A stretch of DNA of 63,830 bases, filler included, from Octopus bimaculoides (GCF_001194135.2; 9 parts of 7 records of this genome joined end to end with filler, not necessarily neighbours in it), one strand, 5' to 3'. Positions 1 through 13,538 are shown, counted from the whole stretch's first letter. Notes: a model not told the origin generated them from the letters alone. Numbers and translations are program-made.

Positions 1-39
<39 letters not shown>

Positions 40-43
40 TATA

Positions 44-320
44 CTAGGTGAGGCACTTCGTCGATTACGAAAACTAGTGTTCCAATAGTTTCGATTAATG
101 AACAACCTGATCGCGAAATTATTGTCCAAGTGTCCGAGCATACCACAGATATGCGTAGTCTCTGGGAAGTTCAGTGTGACATGCCGAATGTGGAAATGCT
201 ACGCGACTGAATGATAGGTGCAACTCATTATTGTCATCTGAATGGACTGGAGTAGTGTAAAATAAAGTGCCTTGCTCACAGACTCAATGTGCCGCTGGCA
301 ATAGAACTCACGACCTTTGT
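44..320 (-). mobile_element. tRNA-derived SINE with Deu/Nin-like central segment, decayed
   Basis: Minus strand reads ...GAGCAAGGCACTTTATTTTACACTACTCCAGTCCATTCAGATGACAATAATGAGTTG..., resembling the Deu/Nin SINE core, with a tRNA B-box-like remnant near 300-315. Family assignment is from pattern recognition. Confidence 0.6.
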
Positions 321-1351
321 ATAGGATTTTATAGCATAATAAACAATAACCACGTTTATCACCGATTCAAAGCTAGTACATTTGTTCTTGACAGTTTATT
401 TGTTATTTACATAGTAGGAGTGTCATTCACATTATCTGGAAAATAATTTCTCCTCTTTGTTGAGCCGTTATTATTTGTTAAAAGATAAACATCACGAAAT
501 TATCAGAAATGTATTCTGAAGCCAACTTTTTAGAAATTGGAAAGACCTGGGAAGCAATATTCTTCATGCATTTAAAGAACATCGTATTTCTGAATAGGGT
601 AACTGTAAAGATAATGTTGTATATCAAATAAAAATAAAAACTGTCGTATGCAAATGGAAATATTTCAAGACAAACAAAACTTTGCATGTTCCACGCTTCT
701 AGCTATATTGTAAGAAATTGCCTCAGAGCTACTTGGCACACAAATTAGCATTGAACTATAAAAGCTCTTATAGGACCTGGAAATTGCTATTCAACTTGGA
801 TTTATGTATGTTTACTGAGAACAACACTGCATAATTAGAAATTTTTGCAATCATACAATGAATGAAGTCAAATATTGAGCAACATTTTAGTTCATGAAAG
901 TAAGAAATGCATTGCATTACGTTCGGTTTACTTAGCAGTAAATGATATCTCAATTGTAATATATTAATAGAGAGAAGCACACAGAATTGAAAATTTGGCA
1001 AAAAAAACGTGATTCTTTTTCAGAAGAAGCGGAGTAAATATTTATAGAAATAAACGCAATTTTGTAAATTTAATATTAAGAGAGATATAACATGGCTGAA
1101 ACAATAAAATATGTAATGAAAATGAGGGACAAGTTACGTTCAGAAAGTATTACAAACTTTGCGAATTATCGAACTCCTATACGTTTAAGAAAGATAAAAA
1201 AGCTGTTGTTATCAAACATTTATACACCAGGTATAATTTCCAGGTAAAATTGCAGTAATCATTACATCCATATTTAAAAAGGCATAGCTATACATTAGCA
1301 CGTGCAAACACAAACACACACAGAGTATGCAAGCATACTTATGTATGTATA

Positions 1352-1401
<50 letters not shown>

Positions 1402-1555
1402 ACTACATACTTGTATACATACATACGTACGTACAGACAGCCATACAGATAGATAAATAGAGAGATAAATAGACACACATATAGATAGATAGACAAATAG
1501 ATAGGTAGGCAGACAGGAGACAGACAGACAGACAAACAGACATACGCAAACACTG

Positions 1556-1602
<47 letters not shown>

Positions 1603-3117
1603 GAGTTAGATAGACAGGAGGGTAGGTACATGTATGTATATGGATATGTCTGTACAGGAGACTTGATGCTTAATACTGAAAATGAACCTAGAACGTACAT
1701 TCTTTATTCTGTTTCTATTCGTACGGTGGCTTTTACAGGGTAGAAAAATTACTATAATGATGAAGCCTATTGAAACAGGTCCAAATTCTTAAAGCTGTCC
1801 TCTCTATAGACAATCTTATTGCTTTTCCCGTGATGGCATGTAAATTCATGAGGTCCTTGATTTTTGTTATTTAAGATTATCTCCGTAATTTTGGAGTTGT
1901 TCCCAATTTCCACGAGACTTGTTTTATCTCTTCTGAAAGTGAAGAAAATGGCAATAAATTATGAAGTTAATTCCTGTAGCACGTTGTTTACAGTCATTTG
2001 TATATTGATATATATATATATATATATATAATATACAAAATATTAGCGCTAATCAACAGTACTCTTAATTTCTCCAACTTATTGTACGATCGTCAGTTCG
2101 TATATGATTTATTATACCAAGAATCAACGTTTACCATGACATCAAAATTTGAGATAGTATTTATATTGTAGTTTGAAAAAGATTCAGCGAATGAATACCT
2201 AATTTCACCTATTTCGGAATCCCATTGCTATCTTATATCGTATTTTTCATGCAAACTTATCAAAGAATTCACAGTTTAAATCTTCATTGTAATTTACTAC
2301 TTGCTCTTTACATATAGTCTCGTCTTTTCTTTTCAGAGGTTAATAAGTTTTCATGAATCTATGCTATAAAATACATAGCTTGCAGTTACATAAGCTCTGA
2401 TATATGAAAATGTCTTGCAAGGCAGTACACGTTCTATTGTTTTTCGTATGTTGGTTATTGTTACAGCATGTATTATATTGTCGTGGTGAACCTACTTATT
2501 CAAAAATAAAGGCTTGGAAGAAAGGAGTGTCAAGTATTAAATGCTCAATATCTTTATAACTACAACTTTTTACAAGAAAATGTAGTGCGTATGAAAGTGG
2601 AATACAAAAATGAATATGGTAATCCGTCTTATGGAACTAATAGGGCGAATGCAGATAGAAAGGGGTCTGTTGAGTTGGGAATATTTGAAATTGAATAGTA
2701 GTTGATTAAAAGGTTATCATGACCAGGATGTGTAAAGGATGCTACAAAGAATACTGTTTTGGATGAAAAATAGAACAATAAACATGATGTGTAAAAGCGA
2801 ATTGTTGCTTTTATTTCTTAACTTGTTACTTTTTATTATTTCGCGATTCATCATATACTTATAACAATAAAATCAGTCTCACTAGATGTGATTTGTTAAA
2901 GGGAGTGTCACTGTCTTTCATATCAGGGAGGAGAAACTTGAAATGGCCATTCTGATCAATGTATATATTTTTGAATTCACTTAATATTTATACAGAGCTG
3001 GTCAATTCTCTTAGCTGTACTGCTCTTCAAAGCAACTACCGTGAACATAGAATAACATTCTCTTTCTGTATAATAATCCACACTATATCACTGAATTACT
3101 TATCTACCAAATCTACT

Positions 3118-3240
3118 CACAACGCTTTGGTTTGTCAGAGGCTATAGTAGAAGATACCTGCCCTAGGTGCCACGCAGTGGCATTGAACCCGGAACCATGT
3201 GGTTGGGAAGCAAGCTTCTTACCACACTGCCACTTCTGCA
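3118..3240 (-). mobile_element. SINE family A, 5' (tRNA head) fragment
   Basis: Reverse complement of GTGGCAGTGTGGTAAGAAGCTTGCTTCCCAACCACATGGTTCCGGGTTCAATGCCACTGCGTGGCACC (A-box/B-box like); the same head recurs more than 10 times in the window. Confidence 0.85.
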
Positions 3241-4944
3241 TTAATATACATACGTATAAGTATGCGTCTTTCTTGCAATAATAGTATTTTGATTTGATTT
3301 TAATCACCTCTTCGTTTTCCCTTTCGACAATTCTAGGAGTAAATAAACGAATTATTAACATATGCGACTCAACATTCAGGTGTACTTGAGACTGTTTTCG
3401 GATAAAGTGTAGTATCATTCTTCCCTGTAAATTATGAAATCTTTACCAAGTATTTCTCATTTTATGCTAATGATAGCAGAAATTATAACCAACTGAATTA
3501 TAACAAGCTGAATTAGAATTCAAATCATTATTCCAGTTCACTTTTAGTCTTGATTTTTATCTATATGCCGTTCTCGGCATCTCTTTTTGACAACACTAAT
3601 ATTGATTTCTCGCAAAGGAATAGCGTACAACATTTCATTGAGTGTAATGCTGGTCAATATTAACACATGTTCTTGACTGGTCGCTAACTTTATCGATTCT
3701 GGAAAGAGGAAAGTTCAAATTATGCCTGGTTCTTTTTGTCATCAAAAGTTTAAAATCTTTAAATAAATACCACAACACTTTGGTTCCAAGCTATAAAATT
3801 TTTGTCATTTTCCCACCCTGTAGCGCACCAACATTACAAGTAAAAGTTTGCTGTTGATTGTTTCAGTATATGAACATAAATGTTTTTTTTTACAGGGTTA
3901 TGTAAAAGCTAATCCATGCGTCTGGCTGACAAATATCATTTACATGTTGAAGAGAAAATATTGAGAATTAATTTTAAAAGAAAAGTATAACATTATACAT
4001 TTTAAATTTTCATTCGGTTAAAATATCTAATTAAAACATCTAAAACTGAGATAGCTATAGTTTTAATACCGTTAGTCGTTCAGAGTTGTCATCCTGTTCA
4101 AAAAGTATTATTTCACGCACAATAATTTACTGCCAGATATAATCGTAATATATAAATTCGATTACTATAAAATGTGAATATTTTACTTGTTTCAGCTATT
4201 AAACTGCGGCCACGCTGGTGCGCTGCTTGAGGCTCTTTATAGCCTGTATTATTTGGCAAAAGGATAAAATGATGCGCTCCAATGAAGTTCTTTCTTCATA
4301 ACCTTCAGGACAATGGAAATTTTTTAATGACCTTTTCCAGAAATAAAATTCAGATGGTGTAATTTCTAATGGTATATTAATTTGTTGTTAAGAAAATTTT
4401 TGTTTCGGGAGCAAGGAGAGCAGTTCCTGAAAATAATTGTGAGTTCGATTTCTTTCCCGTTAGCTTTCGGAAAAATAGATATTTTGAAATTTCTACAAAT
4501 GTCTTTCAGAGTGTTTCAATTACAATTATATAGGAATTTTATGTGAGAAGGAAAATGGTGAGCACGCACACATTCATACTGAGTTGGATCAAATTTTTTT
4601 CGAAATTTCACGCTTCATTATGTAGATATATGCGCTGTATATCATAACGTATGCGTGCTATTCCACAAATTACACATGTTAGATCTACTAATAGGAACTA
4701 CAAATTTGTACATGTAGGATAAATTTGTAAGAAATTTCCTTTTAGAAATTCTTCAGACAGGGAATCAGATCATACAGGATTTACATTTATATGAAGCGTT
4801 TATATATAGTTAGTGAGTAATAAGGTGTCTAGTTAGTTGGGAATGAGAGAGTAAAGAGCGAATCTAGAACACAGATAATAGACAGGAAACTGTGGGGGTT
4901 ACGGATTAGAGAAATAAGTGTCTAAATATAAACGCACATATATC

Positions 4945-4986
<42 letters not shown>

Positions 4987-7538
4987 NNNNNNNNNNNNNN
5001 NNNNNNNNNNNNNNNNNNNNNNNNNNNNNNNNNNNNNNNNNNNNNNNNNNNNNNNNNNNNNNNNNNNNNNNNNNNNNNNNNNNNNNNNNNNNNNNNNNNN
5101 NNNNNNNNNNNNNNNNNNNNNNNNNNNNNNNNNNNNNNNNNNNNNNNNNNNNNNNNNNNNNNNNNNNNNNNNNNNNNNNNNNNNNNNNNNNNNNNNNNNN
5201 NNNNNNNNNNNNNNNNNNNNNNNNNNNNNNNNNNNNNNNNNNNNNNNNNNNNNNNNNNNNNNNNNNNNNNNNNNNNNNNNNNNNNNNNNNNNNNNNNNNN
5301 NNNNNNNNNNNNNNNNNNNNNNNNNNNNNNNNNNNNNNNNNNNNNNNNNNNNNNNNNNNNNNNNNNNNNNNNNNNNNNNNNNNNNNNNNNNNNNNNNNNN
5401 NNNNNNNNNNNNNNNNNNNNNNNNNNNNNNNNNNNNNNNNNNNNNNNNNNNNNNNNNNNNNNNNNNNNNNNNNNNNNNNNNNNNNNNNNNNNNNNNNNNN
5501 NNNNNNNNNNNNNNNNNNNTATATATATATATACATATATACATATACATATATATTTATATATACATACATATCATACATATATGTATGGATTTACAAT
5601 TTATCATACATATATATATATATATATACATACATACACACACACATACACACACACACACACATATATATATATACACCTCCTCGTGCAATCAAGCACA
5701 CACGCACACATAAACAGACACACATACATGTCCAGCACACACAGACACAACCACACACATACACACACATGTATAGACAGAAAGAGTGAGACAAAATTAT
5801 ATAGATATTTACACACGCACACACACATAATCTATGTATGCATATGCGTAAATTTATATGTACTATTTGTATGTGTGTGTTGTGGTTATTTATAGGTGTT
5901 TGTATGAGTGTGAGTCTGTGTACGAGTAGGTGTATGTATTTTCCATGATATACGAGCGTATATGTTTATACACTTATTCTCTCCCAACTATTTATACGAC
6001 ACTTGATTACCATCTTTATAAAAAACGCTTCATTCAACTGTAAATTTTATATTATTTGATTCTCAAGCTAAAGACTTACTACTAAAAGATTTCTGATATG
6101 TTTATGCTACATGTACCATTTTAGAATTCCTATTAACATATAAAACATTTGTTATGGTGAATAAATAATACCAAAAAAACTTTCCAACTTCCTATTTTTT
6201 ATATATAGTTACTCTGTAAGTAGTATTTTCAACACTAATAGGTATCTCACATAAATAAAAAAGAAACTAAATACAGAATTCGGGTACTGGACCCAGGCTG
6301 GAATTTAGCACTACGTATATTCTACATAATATATATAACACAGTTTCATTCGGTTCCATGCAAATTGAAGTTTTGTAGGCTTCTATGAGAAACCCGGCTC
6401 GATCAGTGAAAGAAACAGCGAGAGGTAAATAATGCTGCTCATTGAATGTAGGCGTTGTGTGAAATACATGTAGTATTTTGGAAGTATTCAGTTTATACAC
6501 ATGAAGGATATCATGCCATTAATTCTACGTGACACATGCTCAAACTCCTATTTATACTCCTCCCAGAGCTTAAAAATTTAGAGATGTATGTGATTCATGC
6601 TACTCCTTATATGCTATTTATCATCTGGTTATTAAAGATCAGAACGAGATATGGAAAAACAATCGCACAACTTAAGAAAATATAATGCATATTTTTTGTA
6701 TGCTATCGATACAAAGGCCTTGAAATAACAGTTGATATGTAAAGATAATTCATTGATAAAATATATTTTTCAATCGAACATATTAACTTTTTATTTCACA
6801 TAAATCAACCATTAATCATGAGAGAAATTTTAATAAAACGAAAACCAAGCAAAGGTTAATAATTTCATTTCATCCCCTATCTACATATATTGACGTGTTG
6901 CGTAACACATACTGATGCCAATTGCTTTTTATATGAAATTCATATGTCTTTGAAAGTTTGTTTGTATATCCTATATGAGTATAATGACCAAGAAACTTGC
7001 CTATATTAGTTACATCGTCTACTCCATCGAAATACTTATTTATTGTCAACAATATCCTCCTAATATAATCCAAAGGCATGGTCTGAACATGTTCCGAGTT
7101 CTATTAAGAATACAGGGAATATAAAACATTATTTATCCATTTCTCTTTTGTTCCTTTATGTAATAGTAATGCAGTGTTTATGTGCAATAAACCTAGACAG
7201 CATATTTAAAATTAACTTAATCTTAGCATTTGATAGATTGAATTTATTTTCAATACATCATTATTCTGTGATATTTCATCGTTTGCATTTAATATATTGC
7301 ATTACCTTGTATCTCTCTAAGATGTCTTACAGAAAGTTATTCAATATATTGCAATTTGCATGGATAAAATTAACATAATCCACTTTAGAATCGTTGAATA
7401 ATATTCAATTAATTGTATCTAATTTGAAATCCAATAATTCATAGAAAATGTAAAATAATATTGCCTTATGTGTGACTTTGCTAAACAATGAAATTGTTAA
7501 TCGAACGTCTTTCCTTCGACTGCTCATTAATAAAATTG

Positions 7539-7577
<39 letters not shown>

Positions 7578-8160
7578 CACCAAGAATATAATATACAATA
7601 CAAGGCGTGAACTAATGAAATTTATGTATAAATGCATTATTGGTCTGTTTCTATCACTAACTATAATCATATTTGTAAAGGAAGACAATATTTTTTTTTC
7701 AAATACCCAATTTCGTAATTTTTTGCACTTATTTTCTTGCATATCGCTACTCCATTAATCTATTATCAGAATCTGTATCATCTGTCAAGACATTACACAA
7801 AATATTTCTTTTTCTCGGGTGTTGTGTTGACCTCTGGAATAGCACTATGCTTTTAGTGCATTACTATACACACCTGTAAATGAAAACATTTCCGTGGACA
7901 ATATTTTCCTGTGGAATTGTAAGGACGGATTCAAATAGCAGAAAATGGGAAAATTATGCTTCCCCGGTTCTTTTTTAAGGCCCTACCGAACCGATTTAGC
8001 TTTGGGGTTGCCTCTTCTTCTGAAACATACACATACAGAAAGTCACACACAAAGCATCCTTGCACACATATCATACTCATAGACACAAGTATGAAGAGAC
8101 ATACATACATACGCACAGAACTACATACATATATCCATAAATACATATATATACACACAC

Positions 8161-8212
<52 letters not shown>

Positions 8213-8312
8213 NNNNNNNNNNNNNNNNNNNNNNNNNNNNNNNNNNNNNNNNNNNNTTAATTAATTAANNNNNNNNNNNNNNNNNNNNNNNNNNNNNNNN
8301 NNNNNNNNNNNN

Positions 8313-8600
8313 TCTCTGTGAAAGTATCTGTCATTACAGTATCGAAATGTGATTGTTTCAGTCAGTGGAATAGTTTCATTTTTAAAGTGAAAGTATTTGA
8401 CATGAGTGTTTTTGTTTCACTTTTGACACGTAATACTTAAATAGTGGAAGAGATAGTATGTTGCCGTGTGCTCGAACTGTGCACAACTGGAACCCTAAGT
8501 AAGGCATGTGTAAAATTTGAATGAAATTGGTTGCGTAGTTCTCGAGTTTTAGGGATTCAAACACACAGNNNNNNNNNNCGAGTTTTAGGGATTCAAACAC

Positions 8601-8635
<35 letters not shown>

Positions 8636-8661
8636 CACATTCTCATTTTTATATATATAGA
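8313..8661 (-). mobile_element. Non-autonomous Helitron-type element carrying a (CTGT)n microsatellite
   Basis: Minus strand begins A|TCTATATATATAAAAATGAGAATGTGTGTCTGTCTG...(CTGT)n...GAACTACGCAACCAATTTCATTCAAATTTT: 5' TC start, internal microsatellite and conserved block typical of DINE/HINE-like elements. The 3' end is probably lost in the gap. Confidence 0.6.
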
Positions 8662-8669
8662 TTGGGGCA

Positions 8670-9130
8670 CCACTATTAAAAATGTTCCTATCGGAGGAGA
8701 GGCTAGAAATTATCTTGTAAATTCTGTGTAAATCTCGCTTTATTCTTATTCCTAATGGCTTTAAACCTGTCAAGGATTTCTATACTATTGGGCCATTGTA
8801 CTAACCTAGTAGCATATCTGACTTACGCATTGATTTTTCATAAAATTTCTTTACTAATAATAGCAATTTCTGATTTATCTGGGTTAATAAGCTTAAATTT
8901 AGGATCAGATAGCAAATTCTTTTTATGGTCCTTAATAGTTATAAATGCCTCTTTTTTTTTGGAAGGAACTCTATTTTGTTGTCTAATTTAAGCCTAGTGG
9001 CGATGATGCTAGCTTCTTTATTAATTTTGTTATAAATTTGTGGCCTAGCTTTAATGTAACTATTAATAATGTTGCTATGTAGGAGTCATGAGTATGTGCT
9101 GTTGTGTACAAGGTATAAGTTCTTGGATTT
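8670..9130 (-). mobile_element. Penelope-like retroelement reverse transcriptase relic (stops, frameshift)
   Basis: Hand translation: ...YNKINKEASIIATRLKLDNKIEFLPKK/EAFITIKDHKKNLLSDPKFKLINPDKSEIAIISKEIL*KINA*VRYATRLVQWPNSIEILDRFKAIRNKNKARFTQ..., matching the AFITLKDHK..P..RLINP.KSE...ISK.IL...N...QW.N N-terminal RT signature of Penelope-like elements. Confidence 0.8.
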
Positions 9131-9283
9131 CAACTACTAATTTGTCACATATTATATTATAGATGAATTCGTCTATTTACATAATATCGAACGAAGCCTC
9201 ATTCATTCTTTTGTTGTCATATTATTATTAATAAAAAATATATACAATATATATATATGTATGTGCGTGCGTGTGTGCTGGGT

Positions 9284-9399
<116 letters not shown>

Positions 9400-11657
9400 T
9401 TCTATATGTATGCATATACAACTAAAGCCACACAGGCACACGTATATGCCACGCACATATACACATAAATATATGTGTGTATGTGTCTGTGTGAGTATGT
9501 ATATATGTGAACGCGTGTGTGTGTCGTATGTGTCTGCGTGTGTGTTTGCTGGATGGGCGGCGAATATTTCTAACACTCTTTAGAACAATTTTAATAATAA
9601 GTACTTTGTATGCGGCAGTTGATTTTATAGAAGTATACCTACATCTAATCTCACTCGCTATTATCATTCGAAATTTGGTTGTACATACCTACCTAGAAGG
9701 AAAGAAATGACGTGAGAGAAACTTCCCTAATACGTTTGTTCAGAGGTCAGCTGCAAACCGTGTCCAACCCGCAGATAAAAAGCAAGAACGATAATAGAAA
9801 TATTGAATGAATAGTAACTGCAAAACCGTTAACGTATCTCGTTCTAAAAATGGATCACAGAAACTTTTATTTCATTTCTCTTTGTACGCGTTATTCGGCC
9901 GAAATGGTTATCGGTTCTTGCATGTAATATATTTTGAAAGTTTAATACCAAATTATAAAAGTTTTACGAGGAAGAGCAGAAAATAATGAGTAGACATAAA
10001 TATAAACGTAAATCAAAGAACATCTATTCATATCTATTATATCAAAGGAAAGAAATGCATAGATTTAACATTTCGTTAATTGTCTTGCTCTGTTTGGTTC
10101 CCCATTAGAAATAAATTCTTAGTGAAATGTCAGTCGGATTGTACATATTTTATTATGTGTGTGTGTCTATGTATTTTTGTGTTATTTATGAATATGAGTG
10201 TATGTTGGTATGCGTTTATATCTATATATAAGCTGGTCTGTATGTGTATATACATTATGTACGTAAGAAATCTTTACATATACGTTATGTTCGTATCTTG
10301 TAATGTCATCGGAAAGTATTGTTGCGATTTCAGTTCTTTAGCTGTGATATTTAATTGTAAATTCCCTCAGAATATTGCCCATTGTAGAAGTCTATGAATT
10401 CTTTGATTTAGATATATTTCAATATGTATTCATCAATTATAGAATTATTTATTACACAAGGGTATTCGTTTAAGTTTCTAATATTGATAAAATTTATAGA
10501 ATAGTCAATGACTATCATATTGAAAACGTTTTACAATTCGTTACGTCATTTGATGCCTTTAGAACATAAACTAACAATGTAGATAAGATGACATGCCGGA
10601 AGTGACTATTATAACGATTTGTTTTGATTATTTACTACAGATTGGGAAAGACAGTCCGATGAAACACTTCAGTAAGGTTGGATCCACGAGAGAAATAGGT
10701 ATCAGATGTAAAGTAACCCAGAAGACACAATAAAAGAAATAATGCATTACATACTTGTTTAATGATTCGTTGAGAAGAGTGACACAGTAGAAGTGTACCG
10801 GGCCCGTCACCACCGTAGATCGGAACTACACTCTGCGAAGAAAGGGATACTGTTTTTGATACACACTCACACGCACATACGCTCACACATATTATCTATA
10901 ACTGCTGGGATGGTAGAAAGTATATTACGCAGAAGAAATTTATACAGAGTCAAGGGGTCACCAACTTATTCGTACGGACACAAATTGCAACAACAGGCCT
11001 TTTCGCTAAGAATGTAGGACATTTGCTTGCTCTGATGCAATTAATATTTGATTTGAGCGATTTTCGTTTGGTAATAACTTTTTCTGGTCGACTATCAATG
11101 TTCAACAAATCGCAATTTCTCAAGACTATTGATCAAGTATCTGAATACTTAAAATACTAGTGGAATCGAATTACAACATGGTCTGAAAGACAACCTAAAA
11201 AAATGGCTTAAGATGATAATGATATTCATTATCTAACTTTGTCTTTACACAATGAATAAATTATAGTCTTGTAAAACGCTTCTGTTTGGTAGCTTGTAAA
11301 CTTGTCTGCCACTTTATAGTAGTCACCCATAAATTGGCACCATAGGGTTTAAATGAAATTTACCACATAATCCAGCGGTCACGCGTACACACGTGGCTGC
11401 GCATGCAGACCCATAGAAGCAGATAGGCTACATATTTAATTGGTACATAGTGGTATGTTTTACTTATATGCACAGAAAATCCTTCAAAAGAAAATTAAAG
11501 GAAAAAATTTCTCCTTCCAACACGCCTAACATACAAATATATATATACACACTCACACATGCGCACATATATAAATATAAATCGTCTTTACACTTTCACA
11601 TACATCACAATTAATTCCATTCTATTACATATCTCTTCTATATTCTGGTACTCAAAA

Positions 11658-11717
11658 GCACGATACCAAGATATATTGCACGGTACCAAGATATATTGCA
11701 CGATACCAAGATATATT
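11658..11717. repeat. 20-bp minisatellite x3 (GCACGATACCAAGATATATT)
   Basis: Three adjacent copies, one substitution in copy 2. Confidence 0.95.
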
Positions 11718-12036
11718 AGGAACAAAATACAAAACTTTAGAACAATTCACACCTTACAACAGACGAAGACGGGTGGTGTAAACAACAAATGCCCTGTATT
11801 TTCACTTTTTAAACACTGTTTTAGCGCCATTTAGCAAGAAATGTAGCGGCTGAACAAGTGTTTAACTATGTATGGATCGGTGAATATATCAGTTCAATCA
11901 TCTGGAATTATTCTGAGTGGTCTGTTTCGGCAAAGCAATGCGTGGGTACTTCCATCTTAAATCGTCACCATCTCTTTGGTCCCCTCCGTATCACACACCA
12001 GTACACACACATATACATATATGCATGTATATAATA

Positions 12037-12077
<41 letters not shown>

Positions 12078-12090
12078 GTCATATATATTA

Positions 12091-12470
12091 TCTTTTACTT
12101 GTTTCAGCCATTTTACTGAGGCCATGCAGGAACACAGCCTTGAGGGGTTTTAGTCAAGCAAATCGATCCCATGATTTATTTTTTAAGCCCAGTAGTTATT
12201 CTATCAATCTCTTTTGCTGAACTGCTATGTTACGGGGATGTAAACATCCAACACTGTATGTCAAGTGGTGGTGGGGGACAAACACAAACACACACACATA
12301 TACATATACGACAGGCTTCTTTCAGTTTTGTCTACCAAATACTTCCACAAGGCTTTGAACGGCCCGAGGCTAGAGTACAAGCCATTTTCCCAAGGTGCCA
12401 CACAATGGAACTGGATCCGGAACCATGTAGTTGGGAAGCAATCTTCTTAGCACATAACCACGCATGCACC
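12091..12470 (-). mobile_element. SINE family A, near full length
   Basis: Tail (TCTTTTACTTGTTTCAGCCATTTTACTGAGGCCATGC), body, internal (CA)n and tRNA head, all in reverse orientation. Confidence 0.9.
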
Positions 12471-12705
12471 TTAATGTATATATATATAACTTTATATACT
12501 TATTTAATATTTTGGACTAATAGGTTATATGTCAATTAGCATATTGAAGTGTTTAGTAGAGCACTGGCACAGTTTGGGCTACCTGTGTCATCCACAGTCG
12601 GGGTATATTTCTTTGGATCTACTTCAAGAACTCCGCAGTTTTAGTGGAGATAATAATAATAATTTCTTAATTAACAAGAAGATGGATTTGGTATTAATCT
12701 TTATT

Positions 12706-12811
12706 TGTACAACGGGCGTTTCGACCTATCCTACTACTGTCCCTTATGGGTGGGACTCCGTTAAACATGTTGCATTTCACCCATTTTGCAATCCAAGTCT
12801 CATCAGGTACA
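12706..12811 (-). ncRNA. Type I hammerhead ribozyme motif with extended stem II
   Basis: Minus strand: stem I TGTAC(12811-12807)/GTACA(12710-12706); core CTGATGA (12806-12800); stem II GACTTG(12799-12794)/TAGGTC(12728-12723) closing a 65-nt insert; GAAA (12722-12719); short stem III AC/GT with GCCC loop; cleavage triplet GUU; AATAAA follows immediately. Confidence 0.65.
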
Positions 12812-13036
12812 TTCATACGTAAAGTTGTCTCGCTAAAGATCCTGAGTTTTAACTGTTATGTTGTTATACGTCCGTCTGGTTAACGAATGATGAAGCCATG
12901 AAACATTGCTAAAATTTTGCAATCTAAGTCTCATCCGTTACATTCATACATAAAGTTGTGTCACGCTAAAGATCCCGAGTTTTAACTGTTATGTTGTTAT
13001 ATGTCCGTCTGGTTAAAGAATGAAACATTGCTACAA
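12784..13036. repeat. Tandem duplication of a ~125-131 bp unit
   Basis: TTTTGCAATC(C/T)AAGTCTCATC...GTCCGTCTGGTTAA...GAAACATTGCTA occurs twice head to tail with scattered substitutions and small indels. Confidence 0.95.
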
Positions 13037-13488
13037 TTTTCAATTACTATTATCTTTCTATAAGAATTGCAAGCATTTGTAAATATAGACAAATAACTGT
13101 TGATAAAAAAAAAATGTAGGGGAAGCGAATGGATGGACAAGGATGGAATGAGTTACATTGGGTTTAAGACAAAGGGATAGTACTAGAAAAGGAAAGGAAA
13201 GATATATGTCAGTTAGAATGTTTAGGGAGTGAAAGGTTGTTTAGCTAGCTTGCTTAGGTCGGGATGTGTAAACATACATTTCTACACCAACACTCATGCA
13301 TACACTCACACAAAAGAAGCTGGCCCACCCGCCATATGGTTATTTCCACCGTAGTTCATATAATTTGTGGTTGGAAGACAATCTCACCAGAAGCCTGTCA
13401 TCAAAGTCACCGCTAGACTAGGGCAAATCGCAGACAGTCTGACTCGCTACATATCTATATAAGCGAAGGTGAATCGCACGGCCCTTCG

Positions 13489-13538
<50 letters not shown>

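Noticed and set aside
8257-8268. TTAATTAATTAA recurring eight times as a possible regulatory or recombination motif
   Set aside because: Always embedded in N runs; an artificial linker with stops in all frames.
8548-8606. Direct duplications either side of 10-N gaps (here, and 62915-63048 in the mariner)
   Set aside because: Unmerged contig overlaps, not biological duplications.
13463-13489. GCGAAGG/CCTTCGC hairpin as a Helitron 3' end
   Set aside because: No CTRR terminus at the expected distance on either strand and no linked element body.
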